This document shows, in pieces, positions 45,544 to 55,339 of a stretch of 64,000 nucleotides of DNA (the first letter of the stretch is position 1; every line of letters begins with the position of its first letter). Source of the stretch: Myxococcota bacterium (lineage in GTDB: Bacteria; Myxococcota_A; SURF-8); assembly GCA_963674735.2 (NCBI GenBank), contig CAXXQS010000001.1, forward strand, positions 2,112,001 through 2,176,000, written 5' to 3'. Under the pieces are notes generated by a model. It was not told the origin of the DNA, searched no databases, and saw only the letters and a program-made list of their open reading frames with translations. The translations under genes were made by a program, and so were the position numbers.

Positions 45544-47862
45544 ATGCCCTCAACCACGAACAAGATGCAATCATTGCCACCCGATACCTTCATCACGCTC
45601 AGGCGATTGATTGTCGCCACGATCGGACTGCTTGTCGGAGCCGGAAGCGCCGGGATTCTGTTGGTACAACTACCGGAACGGGTACGATACAAGGGGCACA
45701 TCGGGGTCGAGCTATGGTCGCAGCAACCCCAACGCAACGAGGATATCGCCTTTTTCGTTTTTGTCCTCGTTACGGCCTTCACCGCCTTCGGGCTGGATTT
45801 TCTTCTCCAACGCTTTGGGGGAAACAGCGCTCCGACTGCAGTTCCTAAAACAGATAAAACCACCCCCCTTCACCGATTCACGCTTATTCTATCCCTTCTG
45901 ATCGGCGTTTTGATCGTGGCCGCCGAGGCTTTCGGCTACCGTTTCTTTTTTTTACCGACCCTCGACCTGTTCCATCTGGGCGAGCAGGTCGTTCCCGCGA
46001 TGCAACTCAACCAGGGAGCCATTCCCTATCAGAACACGTGGTTCATTCATGGTTTCGGGGTCGACGCCGCCCCCGCTCTCGTCGGGCAAGCTCTCGGTTT
46101 CCCCCTTTTAGAAGGAAAAGTGCTGGTAGACAGCCTGCTTTTAGCGCTGACATGGGCGGTTTACCTGCTTGTGCTCGTCTGGCTCAGTTCCCCCCTCGTC
46201 GGGGTCGCTCTCGGTGCGGCGACCTGGTTATCGGGACTCGATCTCAACCTCCCGCGCCTTTTACCCTTGCTGCTGGTCATCCGCTTTCTAGGCAGCGCTC
46301 CCGACCCACAATCGCTTGCTCGCCGCAGTTTCGTCGCCGCCCTGATCGCAACACCTTTTTCCTTGTGGTTCTCGCAAGATAGCGGCTACACAGCCATCGC
46401 ATTGTTCGTAGGACTGGCCGGGTTCTCCTTGATTCTGGCATTCGTACACAGCCACCGATATCTGGCAGTGGCCGGGGCCGCTGTGGCAGGACTCGCAAGC
46501 GGACTCATCCTGCTTTTGCTCCTCGCGTGGCTCTGGCTGGGCGGAGAAGCCCTGCAAACCGCGTTGTCCACCCATGCCTGGATTCTGGCGGCGAAAAGCG
46601 CTCACGACGCCATCCCCTTCAACTTCCAGGACAAATCGTTCAGTCTGGTTCTGCGTATCCTGCGCCAGCCGATCCTGATTGCTGCCTGCGCCTTCGCCGT
46701 CTTGTCCATGCTGCGCGACGCACGCCGTCCGGATGCCGACTTACGTCCGCTCGTGACGCTGGTTCTGCTGACCCTGGTGGCGACGATCTGGAGCAAGAAA
46801 ATGCTCGACCGCTCCGATCCCATACACATTTTGGTCGGTAACGCCCTCTTCCCGGCCTTGGCCGCCGCTTTCTATCAATGGCTCCCCATGCGCCGCCGAA
46901 TCGTCCCGGCATTGGCGACACTGGCGCTGGCCGTCTGGCTATGCGCCCCCAAAGAAGGATACGCAGACCTGGCCGCATACAAAGTGGAACCCCTCACCAG
47001 CGCCCGACCCGATGCCTTTGACGAACATCTCTGCCAGGACTTCCCCTGGCGTAGCCGCATCAGCGTGCCCGTTCCCAACAACTGGTGCGAGCGGTTCAAT
47101 CCACCGCTTTTAGCTCTGGAAGCCCAACTCGCCCCAACCGACACTTTTTACGATTTCACCAACGCCGGACTGGCGTACTACATCCTTGACCGCCCAGCAC
47201 CGATACGTTTCGTTCAGCCCCTGCACCTGATGAACCCCACCATGCAGCGTGAAGCCGTCGAGGCATTGAAAACCGTTCAACCGGCCGCTGTCCTTTTCAA
47301 GCTGAGCGGGTACTGGGGCGAAGAGATCGACAAGCTTTCGAATGAACTGCGCCATCCCATCTTGTCGGCCTGGTTGCTCGATCACTACACGGTTGCACGG
47401 GTCGTAGAAGGAGCGGTGATTCTCTCTCCGAAACATTCCGGAGACGATTCCGCCTTCATTGCGAGCCCGCCACACGACAATTTGAACATGAAGTGGCTGG
47501 CCTACGCCTGGGGCGAAAAGAACCCCTACGGGTTCGATACCGCCAAGTTTCTCAACCAAGTACCGGTCGTAAACCGACCTCCACGTCCGTTTCCCATGAC
47601 CGCTCCCCACAGCTGGGCTGGAATGATCCTGGAAATCGACTCTCCCTCCCGCGATGAAGCCGGTATCCACTGGCAACGATCCGACAGGCCGGGGCGTGTG
47701 GGAATCCGGTTTCAAACGGAAACGGGTCGCCATCGCTATTTCATTCCGTTGGCCAGCTTATCACTCTGGCAATGGTCCAAACACTTTAACGACCTGCGTC
47801 TGCCGGTCGAAACGACGCGACTCTGGCTGATCCCGAAAACCGCCATGCCGGTCATCCCCTAA
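45544..47862 (+). CDS. Polytopic membrane protein, possibly GT-C-fold glycosyltransferase-like
   Basis: More than 10 hydrophobic segments, periplasmic loop DLFHLGE..P.....HG, RSD..H, and a soluble C-terminal domain (FYDFTN.GL.YY.L.RP). Function is inference; start may be 45565. Confidence 0.6.
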   Translation: MPSTTNKMQSLPPDTFITLRRLIVATIGLLVGAGSAGILLVQLPERVRYKGHIGVELWSQQPQRNEDIAFFVFVLVTAFTAFGLDFLLQRFGGNSAPTAVPKTDKTTPLHRFTLILSLLIGVLIVAAEAFGYRFFFLPTLDLFHLGEQVVPAMQLNQGAIPYQNTWFIHGFGVDAAPALVGQALGFPLLEGKVLVDSLLLALTWAVYLLVLVWLSSPLVGVALGAATWLSGLDLNLPRLLPLLLVIRFLGSAPDPQSLARRSFVAALIATPFSLWFSQDSGYTAIALFVGLAGFSLILAFVHSHRYLAVAGAAVAGLASGLILLLLLAWLWLGGEALQTALSTHAWILAAKSAHDAIPFNFQDKSFSLVLRILRQPILIAACAFAVLSMLRDARRPDADLRPLVTLVLLTLVATIWSKKMLDRSDPIHILVGNALFPALAAAFYQWLPMRRRIVPALATLALAVWLCAPKEGYADLAAYKVEPLTSARPDAFDEHLCQDFPWRSRISVPVPNNWCERFNPPLLALEAQLAPTDTFYDFTNAGLAYYILDRPAPIRFVQPLHLMNPTMQREAVEALKTVQPAAVLFKLSGYWGEEIDKLSNELRHPILSAWLLDHYTVARVVEGAVILSPKHSGDDSAFIASPPHDNLNMKWLAYAWGEKNPYGFDTAKFLNQVPVVNRPPRPFPMTAPHSWAGMILEIDSPSRDEAGIHWQRSDRPGRVGIRFQTETGRHRYFIPLASLSLWQWSKHFNDLRLPVETTRLWLIPKTAMPVIP

Positions 47863-47900
47863 TTTCCGATCAAGCACTCCAATGAGAGGGAGCACTCACC

Positions 47901-48617
47901 TTGTCCAAGTCATCCAAACCGACCACTAAACACCTGCCCAAAGATCTTGTGATCCTCCATGAAGACCGCGACATTCTGGTGGTGGACAAGCCCCCGGGCC
48001 TTTTGACCATTGCCACTCAAGATCAGAAAACGCGCACGGCCTACTACATGCTGACCGACTATGTCCGCAAGGGTTGCGCCAAATCAAACAACCGGCTTTT
48101 CATCGTGCATCGGCTCGACCGGGACGCCTCCGGAATTCTGGTCTTTGCGAAAAGCGTTCAAGCCAAGGAAACGCTGCAAAAGGAATGGTCGGATGCACGG
48201 AAGAAGTATCTAGCGGTGGTCCATGGCCATTTTAAGACTCCGGCGGACACGCTTTCGTCCTATCTCACGGAGAACCGGCAATTTCGCGTTTATTCCACAC
48301 CCGACACCAAGATCGGCAAGTTTTCCGAAACCGCTTACAAGGTAATCAAGGAAACCCCGACCCTCTCTCTGCTGGAAATCGATTTGCTCACGGGTCGAAA
48401 ACACCAGATTCGCGTACATCTGGCCGACAGCGGACATCCGATCGTAGGCGATAAAAAATACGGGAAAGGCAAACCCGCTCATAAGCGGCTGGCGCTGCAT
48501 GCATTCTCCCTCTCGTTTCTTCATCCTTACAGCGGCAAACCCTGTCATTTCGAAACAGGCATCCCGCCCTATTTCCGGGATCTCGTCGGAGGAATGCGGC
48601 AACCACCCAGCAAATGA
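47901..48617 (+). CDS. RluA family pseudouridine synthase
   Basis: ILHED..ILVVDKPPGLL, VHRLDRDASG, K.YLAVV.G, TGRKHQIRVHL...GHPIVGD.KYG, LALHA. Confidence 0.95.
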   Translation: MSKSSKPTTKHLPKDLVILHEDRDILVVDKPPGLLTIATQDQKTRTAYYMLTDYVRKGCAKSNNRLFIVHRLDRDASGILVFAKSVQAKETLQKEWSDARKKYLAVVHGHFKTPADTLSSYLTENRQFRVYSTPDTKIGKFSETAYKVIKETPTLSLLEIDLLTGRKHQIRVHLADSGHPIVGDKKYGKGKPAHKRLALHAFSLSFLHPYSGKPCHFETGIPPYFRDLVGGMRQPPSK

Positions 48618-48668
48618 TTTCTCGGCCAATCCGGGTCTCTCTGGAAAACTCCGCCAAGCGGGAACATG

Positions 48669-48696
48669 AAAAAACGCCACCTGTTTCCAGGCGGCG
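48669..48696 (-). terminator. Intrinsic terminator
   Basis: Minus strand CGCCGCCTG-GAAA-CAGGTGGCG-TTTTTT. Confidence 0.75.
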
Positions 48697-48735
48697 CCAG
48701 TATACTTCGTTTTTCCGATTGTCGAAATGACCCGG

Positions 48736-49245
48736 CTAATCGCTTTGGCATCCCCCGCGTTTGGCCGGAACACTTCGAACCCGCCGCGTTCGTCCGTTTT
48801 TATCGGTTTTGATTTTCGGTTCTTGGGTCGAGGGCGGATTGACCGGCAGCACGAAAGCGGCGTTCATGACTTCATTGCCCAGCCCAAGAACCCGTGCCAC
48901 AATCACGACCTGGGCGGGATCGGCCGTTTTCAGGAGCAAGCTATAGGTCAAGACGGCCGGAGTTTCCGGTTGCAAATCGCGGAGTTGGCGAATGGGTTCA
49001 CCCTTTGCCAACACGATGGAATCCGGCAGTTTCAGCAAAACCTCCACGCCTTCGAAAGTCTGTTGGAAACTCAAATGCAGGTCGACGTCGACCGTCTGTC
49101 CGGGCTTCCCGGCAATCGAGGCGGGGATGAAGTCTCCCTGTATCGGCAAGGGTTCCTTCGCCATGGATTCACCGACAGTCATCGCCATAAATGCCAGCAA
49201 TCCCAACAATCCCAGGACAGTGGTGTACAAGAAGCGGATCAGCAT
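48736..49245 (-). CDS. Small secreted protein (Ig-like) co-transcribed with the peptidase lipoprotein
   Basis: GGAGGG RBS, signal peptide, beta-rich body, basic tail. Confidence 0.7.
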   Translation of the reverse strand: MLIRFLYTTVLGLLGLLAFMAMTVGESMAKEPLPIQGDFIPASIAGKPGQTVDVDLHLSFQQTFEGVEVLLKLPDSIVLAKGEPIRQLRDLQPETPAVLTYSLLLKTADPAQVVIVARVLGLGNEVMNAAFVLPVNPPSTQEPKIKTDKNGRTRRVRSVPAKRGGCQSD

Positions 49246-49263
49246 GGTGCACCCTCCCGGTCA

Positions 49264-51648
49264 TTATTCACAGGAGGCCAATTCCGGGAAATCGTAGCTG
49301 AGCTGGTACAATCCCTTCACGATCCCTCGCAGGCCGCTTTCGTCGTTCTCGCCTTTGTTGCCGTATCCCAAACAGAACCAGCCGTCCAGAAAGTCGACCA
49401 GATCGCGTCCGGCGTAGCCGCGATCGCTGAACTTGGCGTAATCTTTGCCCAGATAAGTTGTGACAACCGGCCAGACACCAATGTTGGTGACGGTATCCTT
49501 GCTTTCGTTGCTGCTATCGAAAATATCCAGCAGCACCGCGGCCGCAATCGCTTCGGATAGATTGCCGTCGAGCTTGCCATCCTTATTGCCGCGCGGTTTA
49601 CTGGCAGGCGGTGTTTCGATGCTGTAGAATACGCCCATGCCACCAGCATTGGTGTCCATATAACGCGTCTCGTTGTGGGCGGTAACACCAAAGAAAGTCG
49701 CCCACCCCTCGCTCCAGGAAAGAGTCGGCTCTTCCTGTCGGTTGGATGAATGCCCACCCCCCGGACTATCGCTCTTGCTGATAACATTCATCACGAAATG
49801 ACCGTATTCGTGCCCGATGATAATATCATCGTAGGCGTCTGAATCCGCCGCCGCGCCCAGGATGTAGATTTTGTTTGTCCGCGTACAGAACGAAGCATTT
49901 TTCCCACCTGGTTTTTGGCCGTCTGTCCAATAAAACGGCATCATGGGCATGGTTTGACCGCTGTAAATACGCGCGTAAGTGCTGCACTTGACGCCGGTCT
50001 CCCAGATATTGAGCGCCGCCGCGTCTTCGTCTTTCTTGATTTCGAAATCCACATCCTTGTTATCCGGTACTTCATTCTCGTTGAATCGGTCTTCCAGCAC
50101 CCAGCTGTACAGTTTGCCGCTCAGATCATTCACCGATTGTTTGAGACGTTCGTTATCCTGTTCAGCCACCACTTCGACGTAATAGCCGGGGACACCATCG
50201 TTCTCGAAGCTGATTTCATACCGACCGCGAGAATCCGTCTGGCCTTCGGCCAGCAGTTCGTCATCATCATCGCGACGCACTTCCACTTTGATGAAACGCA
50301 CCGGCACCATGACGCCGTTGTTGGAAAGTCCCGCAGCCGTGACGGCGAAATCCTCATACTTCACCTTTCCCGAAACCTTGTAGGTGCACTTGTTCTCGAA
50401 TGTCCAACTCACCGAGTCTCCGGCGGGTCCGAGACTGAAACTTTCGACGAGCGGAGAATCCTCACCGCAGAAAGCCATTGTCACTGTCCCGCTGGCCCCA
50501 CCCAACTCGCAATCGGAATACATGCGCGCCTGAACGGTGAAAGTCCCATTGGGCGACTGTCCATCGGGCCAAAAGACGTTCTCGTTGTTTACATTATCGA
50601 TATCGCATCCGGCGTTTGAATCCAGATCGAGTTGGCCGCCGGTTCCGGAAACCTTGTGCCCATAGTAAATCTGCTCGCCGCCGGGTTCATCGACATGAAG
50701 ATCCACATCCGTGGCGGTATCCCACGACAAACTGACCTTGACTTCACCGCTTTGGACCTCCACTCCGTTGAGCGCCAGTGGTTGTTCCGGGCCGAGACGG
50801 CCCAAGGCATCCAGCAACGACACCAGAATATTCAAGGCTCCCCCGTCTTTGAAAGCCGGACGCGCCGATGGCTGGCTGAAAATATCCGAGTCGAATTTAA
50901 GTGTGAACGGAATGGTGAGCGCCGGTCCCGTCACCGGCAGGACGAAATACCCTTCGTAGCCCTGCACCTGAATGAGCGCTTGATAAATGGGTTTCTCGGA
51001 ACTGTAGGTGATGTCGTAATTGGCGCTGCCGCCATTGATGAACGTAACCGGACCCGCCAATGTCTGAATCGATGGCGCTCCCACGTCCGCCGAAGCCGTG
51101 GGGATCGGATCGAAGGTGAAATCCGCTCCAACCACTTCTACGGGAGGATAGCCGGGTTCGGAGGCAATCACTTCGACCTGCCCTTCGAACACTTGCGTAC
51201 CACCGCTGGACAACGTCAGTTCCGCATGCAAGCGGCAAACGCCGCTGACGCCGACATTACCGGAGATGGTCAAGGGTGAGGCTCCGCTTCCACTGGCCAG
51301 ACTGCCGCAACCGGTCCCCACCGCCTGTACGTTGATCGCGCTGGCGGCGGCGTATTCGACGGTCACCGTTACCGTCTCACCCGCCGCAGCTCGTTCCGGA
51401 TCGATGTGAAAAAACGGCGGCGAGTCGATGCCATCCGCCTTCAGTTCTTCATCGTTACTGATGGGATCATCGACTTCCATGGTGTCATCATCGTCATCAT
51501 CATCGTCTTTGTCTTTTTTATCCTTATCCTCGTCACTACCGGCACAACCCGTCAAAAGAAAGACTAGCACCAAAGCCAGTGTCAATGCGAAACGCACAGA
51601 CCTAGCCATGGCGGCCAACTGCCACTGCCAATTTTTCTCATTTTTCAT
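49264..51648 (-). CDS. Lipoprotein with poly-Asp linker, YfaP/DUF2135-like domain and C-terminal HExxH zinc peptidase
   Basis: Lipobox LLTGC and a D9 tract. VSLSWD..TDVDLHV.EP.G..IYY....GG.LDLDSN..C...NNENV. HEYGH...SDSPGG.H...SWSEGWA is gluzincin-like. Confidence 0.85.
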   Translation of the reverse strand: MKNEKNWQWQLAAMARSVRFALTLALVLVFLLTGCAGSDEDKDKKDKDDDDDDDDTMEVDDPISNDEELKADGIDSPPFFHIDPERAAAGETVTVTVEYAAASAINVQAVGTGCGSLASGSGASPLTISGNVGVSGVCRLHAELTLSSGGTQVFEGQVEVIASEPGYPPVEVVGADFTFDPIPTASADVGAPSIQTLAGPVTFINGGSANYDITYSSEKPIYQALIQVQGYEGYFVLPVTGPALTIPFTLKFDSDIFSQPSARPAFKDGGALNILVSLLDALGRLGPEQPLALNGVEVQSGEVKVSLSWDTATDVDLHVDEPGGEQIYYGHKVSGTGGQLDLDSNAGCDIDNVNNENVFWPDGQSPNGTFTVQARMYSDCELGGASGTVTMAFCGEDSPLVESFSLGPAGDSVSWTFENKCTYKVSGKVKYEDFAVTAAGLSNNGVMVPVRFIKVEVRRDDDDELLAEGQTDSRGRYEISFENDGVPGYYVEVVAEQDNERLKQSVNDLSGKLYSWVLEDRFNENEVPDNKDVDFEIKKDEDAAALNIWETGVKCSTYARIYSGQTMPMMPFYWTDGQKPGGKNASFCTRTNKIYILGAAADSDAYDDIIIGHEYGHFVMNVISKSDSPGGGHSSNRQEEPTLSWSEGWATFFGVTAHNETRYMDTNAGGMGVFYSIETPPASKPRGNKDGKLDGNLSEAIAAAVLLDIFDSSNESKDTVTNIGVWPVVTTYLGKDYAKFSDRGYAGRDLVDFLDGWFCLGYGNKGENDESGLRGIVKGLYQLSYDFPELASCE

Positions 51649-51685
51649 GTTTGAGCCCTTATTCAGTGATGGTTGTTAGGTGAAA

Positions 51686-51714
51686 ATTATAGCGCGAACG
51701 GGGGCGTTTTGCAA
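51686..51714 (-). promoter_or_regulatory. Sigma70 promoter for the peptidase lipoprotein
   Basis: Minus strand TTGCAA-17bp-TATAAT, 38 bp upstream of ATG 51648. Confidence 0.7.
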
Positions 51715-51842
51715 GGAAGAATAGTCGCAGAGCGTGTGGAGATTTTAGAAGCCAAAGGATGCTGCGTCGGCGGGCACTTCCGATCCAACCTCTTGAAATA
51801 ATTGTTAAATTGAGGACAACGGTACAGTCAGAGAAAACAAGC

Positions 51843-53345
51843 TCAAGGCGTCGGCAACACAATCGGCATTCCCATGAGCGGCCAGATCAGCCACACAAAC
51901 AAAGCTAGAACGACCATCAGCAGCAATGAAACCGGTAAACCGGTGAGGAAAAACTCGCCGGAGGTAAACTGCTTGCTCCCGTAAGCAATGGCATTGGGCG
52001 CAGCACCGACCAGCAGTAAAAACGGCATACCCGCCGTCACCAGCGAGGCATAGACCACCACATCGGGTGCGACTCCCAAGTAAGGTGCGACAACCAGCGC
52101 CACTGGCATCGTCGCGGCAATGGCCGCTACGTTCATGATAAAATTCGTTAGCAGCATCACTAAGAAAGCCACGCTGAGCACAAACACGAACCAACTATAG
52201 CTCTGGAAAAGCGTCAGCCAATGCACCGCCATCCAGTTAGCTGCACCGGTCTGCCACAGGCAAAACCCGATGCTCATCGCCCCACCGAACAGCAGAATGA
52301 TGTTCCAGGGAATGCTTTCGAGATCCTTCAACGTGAGAATATTGAAGGCGAAAAAGAGCACGGTGGCAGCCAGAATAATGGCGCTTTTGTTGACGGGAGC
52401 TAACACGGGCACAAACGAGCGCAGCGAAAGCAGCAGGATAACGCCTGAAACCAGCAGCAATGCGATCACTTCCTGACTGGTGATGCGTCCCAATTGCGTA
52501 TAGAGTTTCTGGGCGCGTTCGCGCAAACCGGGAATCGTGCTCTTCTCGGGGCGATACCACAGCATGAAATAGACCCACAAAAGCAGGGTCATCGCAACAC
52601 CGACCGGAGCCATATAGTAGGACAACTCGAAGAAGCTGATCTCCTGGCCGGTCAACTCTCGGAAGAAACCGATAGCCACCGCACCGCGAGCGGCGCCGAG
52701 CAGGGTGATGATCGATCCCGCACCAGCGACGTAGGCCATCCCCATAAATAGTCCTTTTCCGAATCTGGATGGCTTGCCCGTTTCGTCGTACAGGGCGTAG
52801 ATGGTGGTCAGTAGAGGGAAAATCGTGGCCGCCACGGCGGTATGCGCCATAACCAGAGTCAGACACATGGTCAACAGAAAAGCCCCGAGATAGATCATGG
52901 ACGTTCGTTCACCCACGACGGAAAGCATTTTATAGGCCATGCGGCGGGTCAACCCGGTTTTGGTGAAAACGATCCCGATCACCAGGGAACCAAAAATGAA
53001 CCAGACGGAGGGGTCCATGAAATCGGTGAGCGCCACACGCGGTTCCCGAATGATGAAGAGCGCCTGAAAAACGCCGATGGCGATGGAAGTAACACCGATG
53101 GGCAGCACCTCGAAAATCCACCAAGTGGAGGCCAGAAGGAACAGGCCCAGCGCCAATTGTCCTTCACGCGTGAGGGGAAAGGCTTGCCCCTTGGGATCGA
53201 TGGCCGATTCGGGCGAAGGCAGGAAATAAGTCAAAGCAAAAAAAGCCAAACCGAGAAAGAAAAAAAGGAGTCGCTGCTTGTTGATGGGACCGTAAGGAAG
53301 CAACCACCCGAAGAATCCGGGACGAGCCTGAACCGTCTGCGCCAT
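51843..53345 (-). CDS. SLC13/DASS family anion (dicarboxylate/sulfate) symporter
   Basis: ATG 53345 after GGAGTG. WWIFEVLPIG.TS, KTGL.RR.A, HTA.AA...P, IPW.IILLFGG, TNF..N.A, PNAIAY. Confidence 0.9.
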   Translation of the reverse strand: MAQTVQARPGFFGWLLPYGPINKQRLLFFFLGLAFFALTYFLPSPESAIDPKGQAFPLTREGQLALGLFLLASTWWIFEVLPIGVTSIAIGVFQALFIIREPRVALTDFMDPSVWFIFGSLVIGIVFTKTGLTRRMAYKMLSVVGERTSMIYLGAFLLTMCLTLVMAHTAVAATIFPLLTTIYALYDETGKPSRFGKGLFMGMAYVAGAGSIITLLGAARGAVAIGFFRELTGQEISFFELSYYMAPVGVAMTLLLWVYFMLWYRPEKSTIPGLRERAQKLYTQLGRITSQEVIALLLVSGVILLLSLRSFVPVLAPVNKSAIILAATVLFFAFNILTLKDLESIPWNIILLFGGAMSIGFCLWQTGAANWMAVHWLTLFQSYSWFVFVLSVAFLVMLLTNFIMNVAAIAATMPVALVVAPYLGVAPDVVVYASLVTAGMPFLLLVGAAPNAIAYGSKQFTSGEFFLTGLPVSLLLMVVLALFVWLIWPLMGMPIVLPTP

Positions 53346-53512
53346 TTCGTCACTCCCTGTTTCAATCTCCGGCCAGCTTTGCGCATTTTGCGCATCGAAC
53401 TCAGCTTGCAAGGGACGTGGAAGAAGATTCGCCCCCTTGTAAATGCATGATAAAACAGGGTTTTGTCAAGATTTTTCCGAGTCTTTTCAGGTTGGGACCA
53501 ACAGACGTAAAT

Positions 53513-53554
53513 AAAAAAATCCTCCGAAGATGCAAATGACATTCTTCGGAGGAT
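53513..53554 (-). terminator. Intrinsic terminator after the propeller lipoprotein pair
   Basis: 12-bp stem ATCCTCCGAAGA / TCTTCGGAGGAT followed by a T run on the minus strand. Confidence 0.8.
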
Positions 53555-53614
53555 GAAAAACCAGTAACAGACCGGACAAATCGCAAATAGAATCGCGGGA
53601 TACGACCGCCCAAA

Positions 53615-55327
53615 TCAATCCAAGGCGGATAGAAAACCCTCCAACTCGACAACATCGAAACTATCCGTGTCCACGGTCACTAGGCGATCAGGATTATCTC
53701 CATCCTGGAAAATCAGCATCTGCGGTTCGTCATCGGTCGCGGGCAGCGATCGAATTTCTTCCTCGACATTCGACAGCTCGACGTGGCTTACCGCCCGTTC
53801 CGAGTCGAAGAGATCGATTCCGTAAAGATCGCAAATACGTTCCTCGGGCTCTTCCTCATCCAACCAATAGCAGTATCCCGTCATGTACAATTTTCCCGCT
53901 GCCAGATCGGGCGAATCATCGGCCACATCCAATTCGATGCGCTGAACCGAGGCACTGAGATCGTCTTCCGTTAAGGCTTCGAGATCGATAGCCGCCAGGC
54001 GTGTGGGGCGCTGATCCAGACAAAGCGCACGCCAGGACTCGTCGGTATCCAACACGATGCGATCGGCGCTGAAGCCGATTACGGCCTCCGTCACATTTTT
54101 CGCTCCGAACACCGCCAGATCCTGCAGTTTCACGACAGCCAAGGCGTCGCTACCATCCAAAAGCGCATACTCGGCCCGACCCTCGCGTTCCAGAAGTCGA
54201 ATTCGGCGGAGGTTGCCCTCGACCGCCAACCGCGAGACCCGAGCGCTGTCCACATGGACGCTCGCCAACTCACCCCAGCCAAGCGCCAACAGATAAAGCT
54301 CGCCCCGATCGACATACGGCACGCTGTCGTAAGGAACCAGCGGCAACGGAAATTTGTTGATCGCGAAACTCAGAGCCTCGTTGTCATCATCCCAAACCAT
54401 GTTGAGCGCCAGCACGTCGGAACCCAGATTCAAGTTCACGAAAAGAATCTCGCGGTCGTCCGTCCCTTCTTCCGGCTCGGCCATGTTGGCACTGATGCGC
54501 AAGCCCGTGATCCCAACACGCGAGGACGATTCCAGGCTCAGCGGAACCACGTTCACGTGGGCTTCCGCCTGATCCGCCGGATTGAACAACCACAGACGCC
54601 CGACGCCCGCCGCCACGATCAACTCCATCGAGCGCGCATCCGCATCCGCGCATAGATCCCCGGTGGTGCACAGGCGGAAAGTGCCGCTGAAGCGAATGGA
54701 ATCAATGCGGACGTCGTTTTGCGGCAAATCCAGCGTAAATGTTTCGCCGGCTTCGCGATCCACCACCAACAAGCGATGTTCGTTTTGCAGAATGGACGGC
54801 GACTCCGGAAAGTCGAAAGAATCCAATGATCGGTTGATGCCCGAATCGAACGGCTCCGCCTCCCTATCCTGGATATTGGAATCCGCATTGACGTAAAAGA
54901 CCAGCCAGCGACCATCGGGGGAGAACGAGGCGGCGTTGATGAGCGGCGACACATCCGGGATACTCAGCACTAACTCGCCCGCTTCGTCCGAAACGATGTG
55001 GAAGGTATTGATGTCTTGGGCCGCATACACGACATGGCTGCCGTCCGGATATACCAGCACCTGCCGCCAGCCTGCGACAATGTCTTCTTCCTTCTCCGCA
55101 CCGGGTAGATGCACAATCTGTGCTTTTTTATCGGGTTGACGCGGATCGACCAGCGCTACCTGGCCCGTTTCTGTCTCAACGTAAGCTAGATGCGTGTTCA
55201 AAAAGGTCGGTCCTCGCCAATCGTTTTTTTCCGACTCGGGACAACCCGCCAACGGGATCACCATCAAGCCGAGAAGCAAAACGGTCCAAAAGCGAGCGTA
55301 ACGGATGTTGTTTTTCATCGTTTTCAT
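53615..55327 (-). CDS. Beta-propeller lipoprotein (no DGD repeat)
   Basis: Lipobox PLAGC; YPDGSH and FSPDGRW propeller turns. Confidence 0.75.
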   Translation of the reverse strand: MKTMKNNIRYARFWTVLLLGLMVIPLAGCPESEKNDWRGPTFLNTHLAYVETETGQVALVDPRQPDKKAQIVHLPGAEKEEDIVAGWRQVLVYPDGSHVVYAAQDINTFHIVSDEAGELVLSIPDVSPLINAASFSPDGRWLVFYVNADSNIQDREAEPFDSGINRSLDSFDFPESPSILQNEHRLLVVDREAGETFTLDLPQNDVRIDSIRFSGTFRLCTTGDLCADADARSMELIVAAGVGRLWLFNPADQAEAHVNVVPLSLESSSRVGITGLRISANMAEPEEGTDDREILFVNLNLGSDVLALNMVWDDDNEALSFAINKFPLPLVPYDSVPYVDRGELYLLALGWGELASVHVDSARVSRLAVEGNLRRIRLLEREGRAEYALLDGSDALAVVKLQDLAVFGAKNVTEAVIGFSADRIVLDTDESWRALCLDQRPTRLAAIDLEALTEDDLSASVQRIELDVADDSPDLAAGKLYMTGYCYWLDEEEPEERICDLYGIDLFDSERAVSHVELSNVEEEIRSLPATDDEPQMLIFQDGDNPDRLVTVDTDSFDVVELEGFLSALD

Positions 55328-55339
55328 TTCCCCCTCCCC

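Noticed and set aside
44898-45848. 316-aa plus-strand ORF with SPSGS repeats
   Set aside because: Antisense reading of DGD repeats that runs through an intergenic region into another gene's alternative frame.
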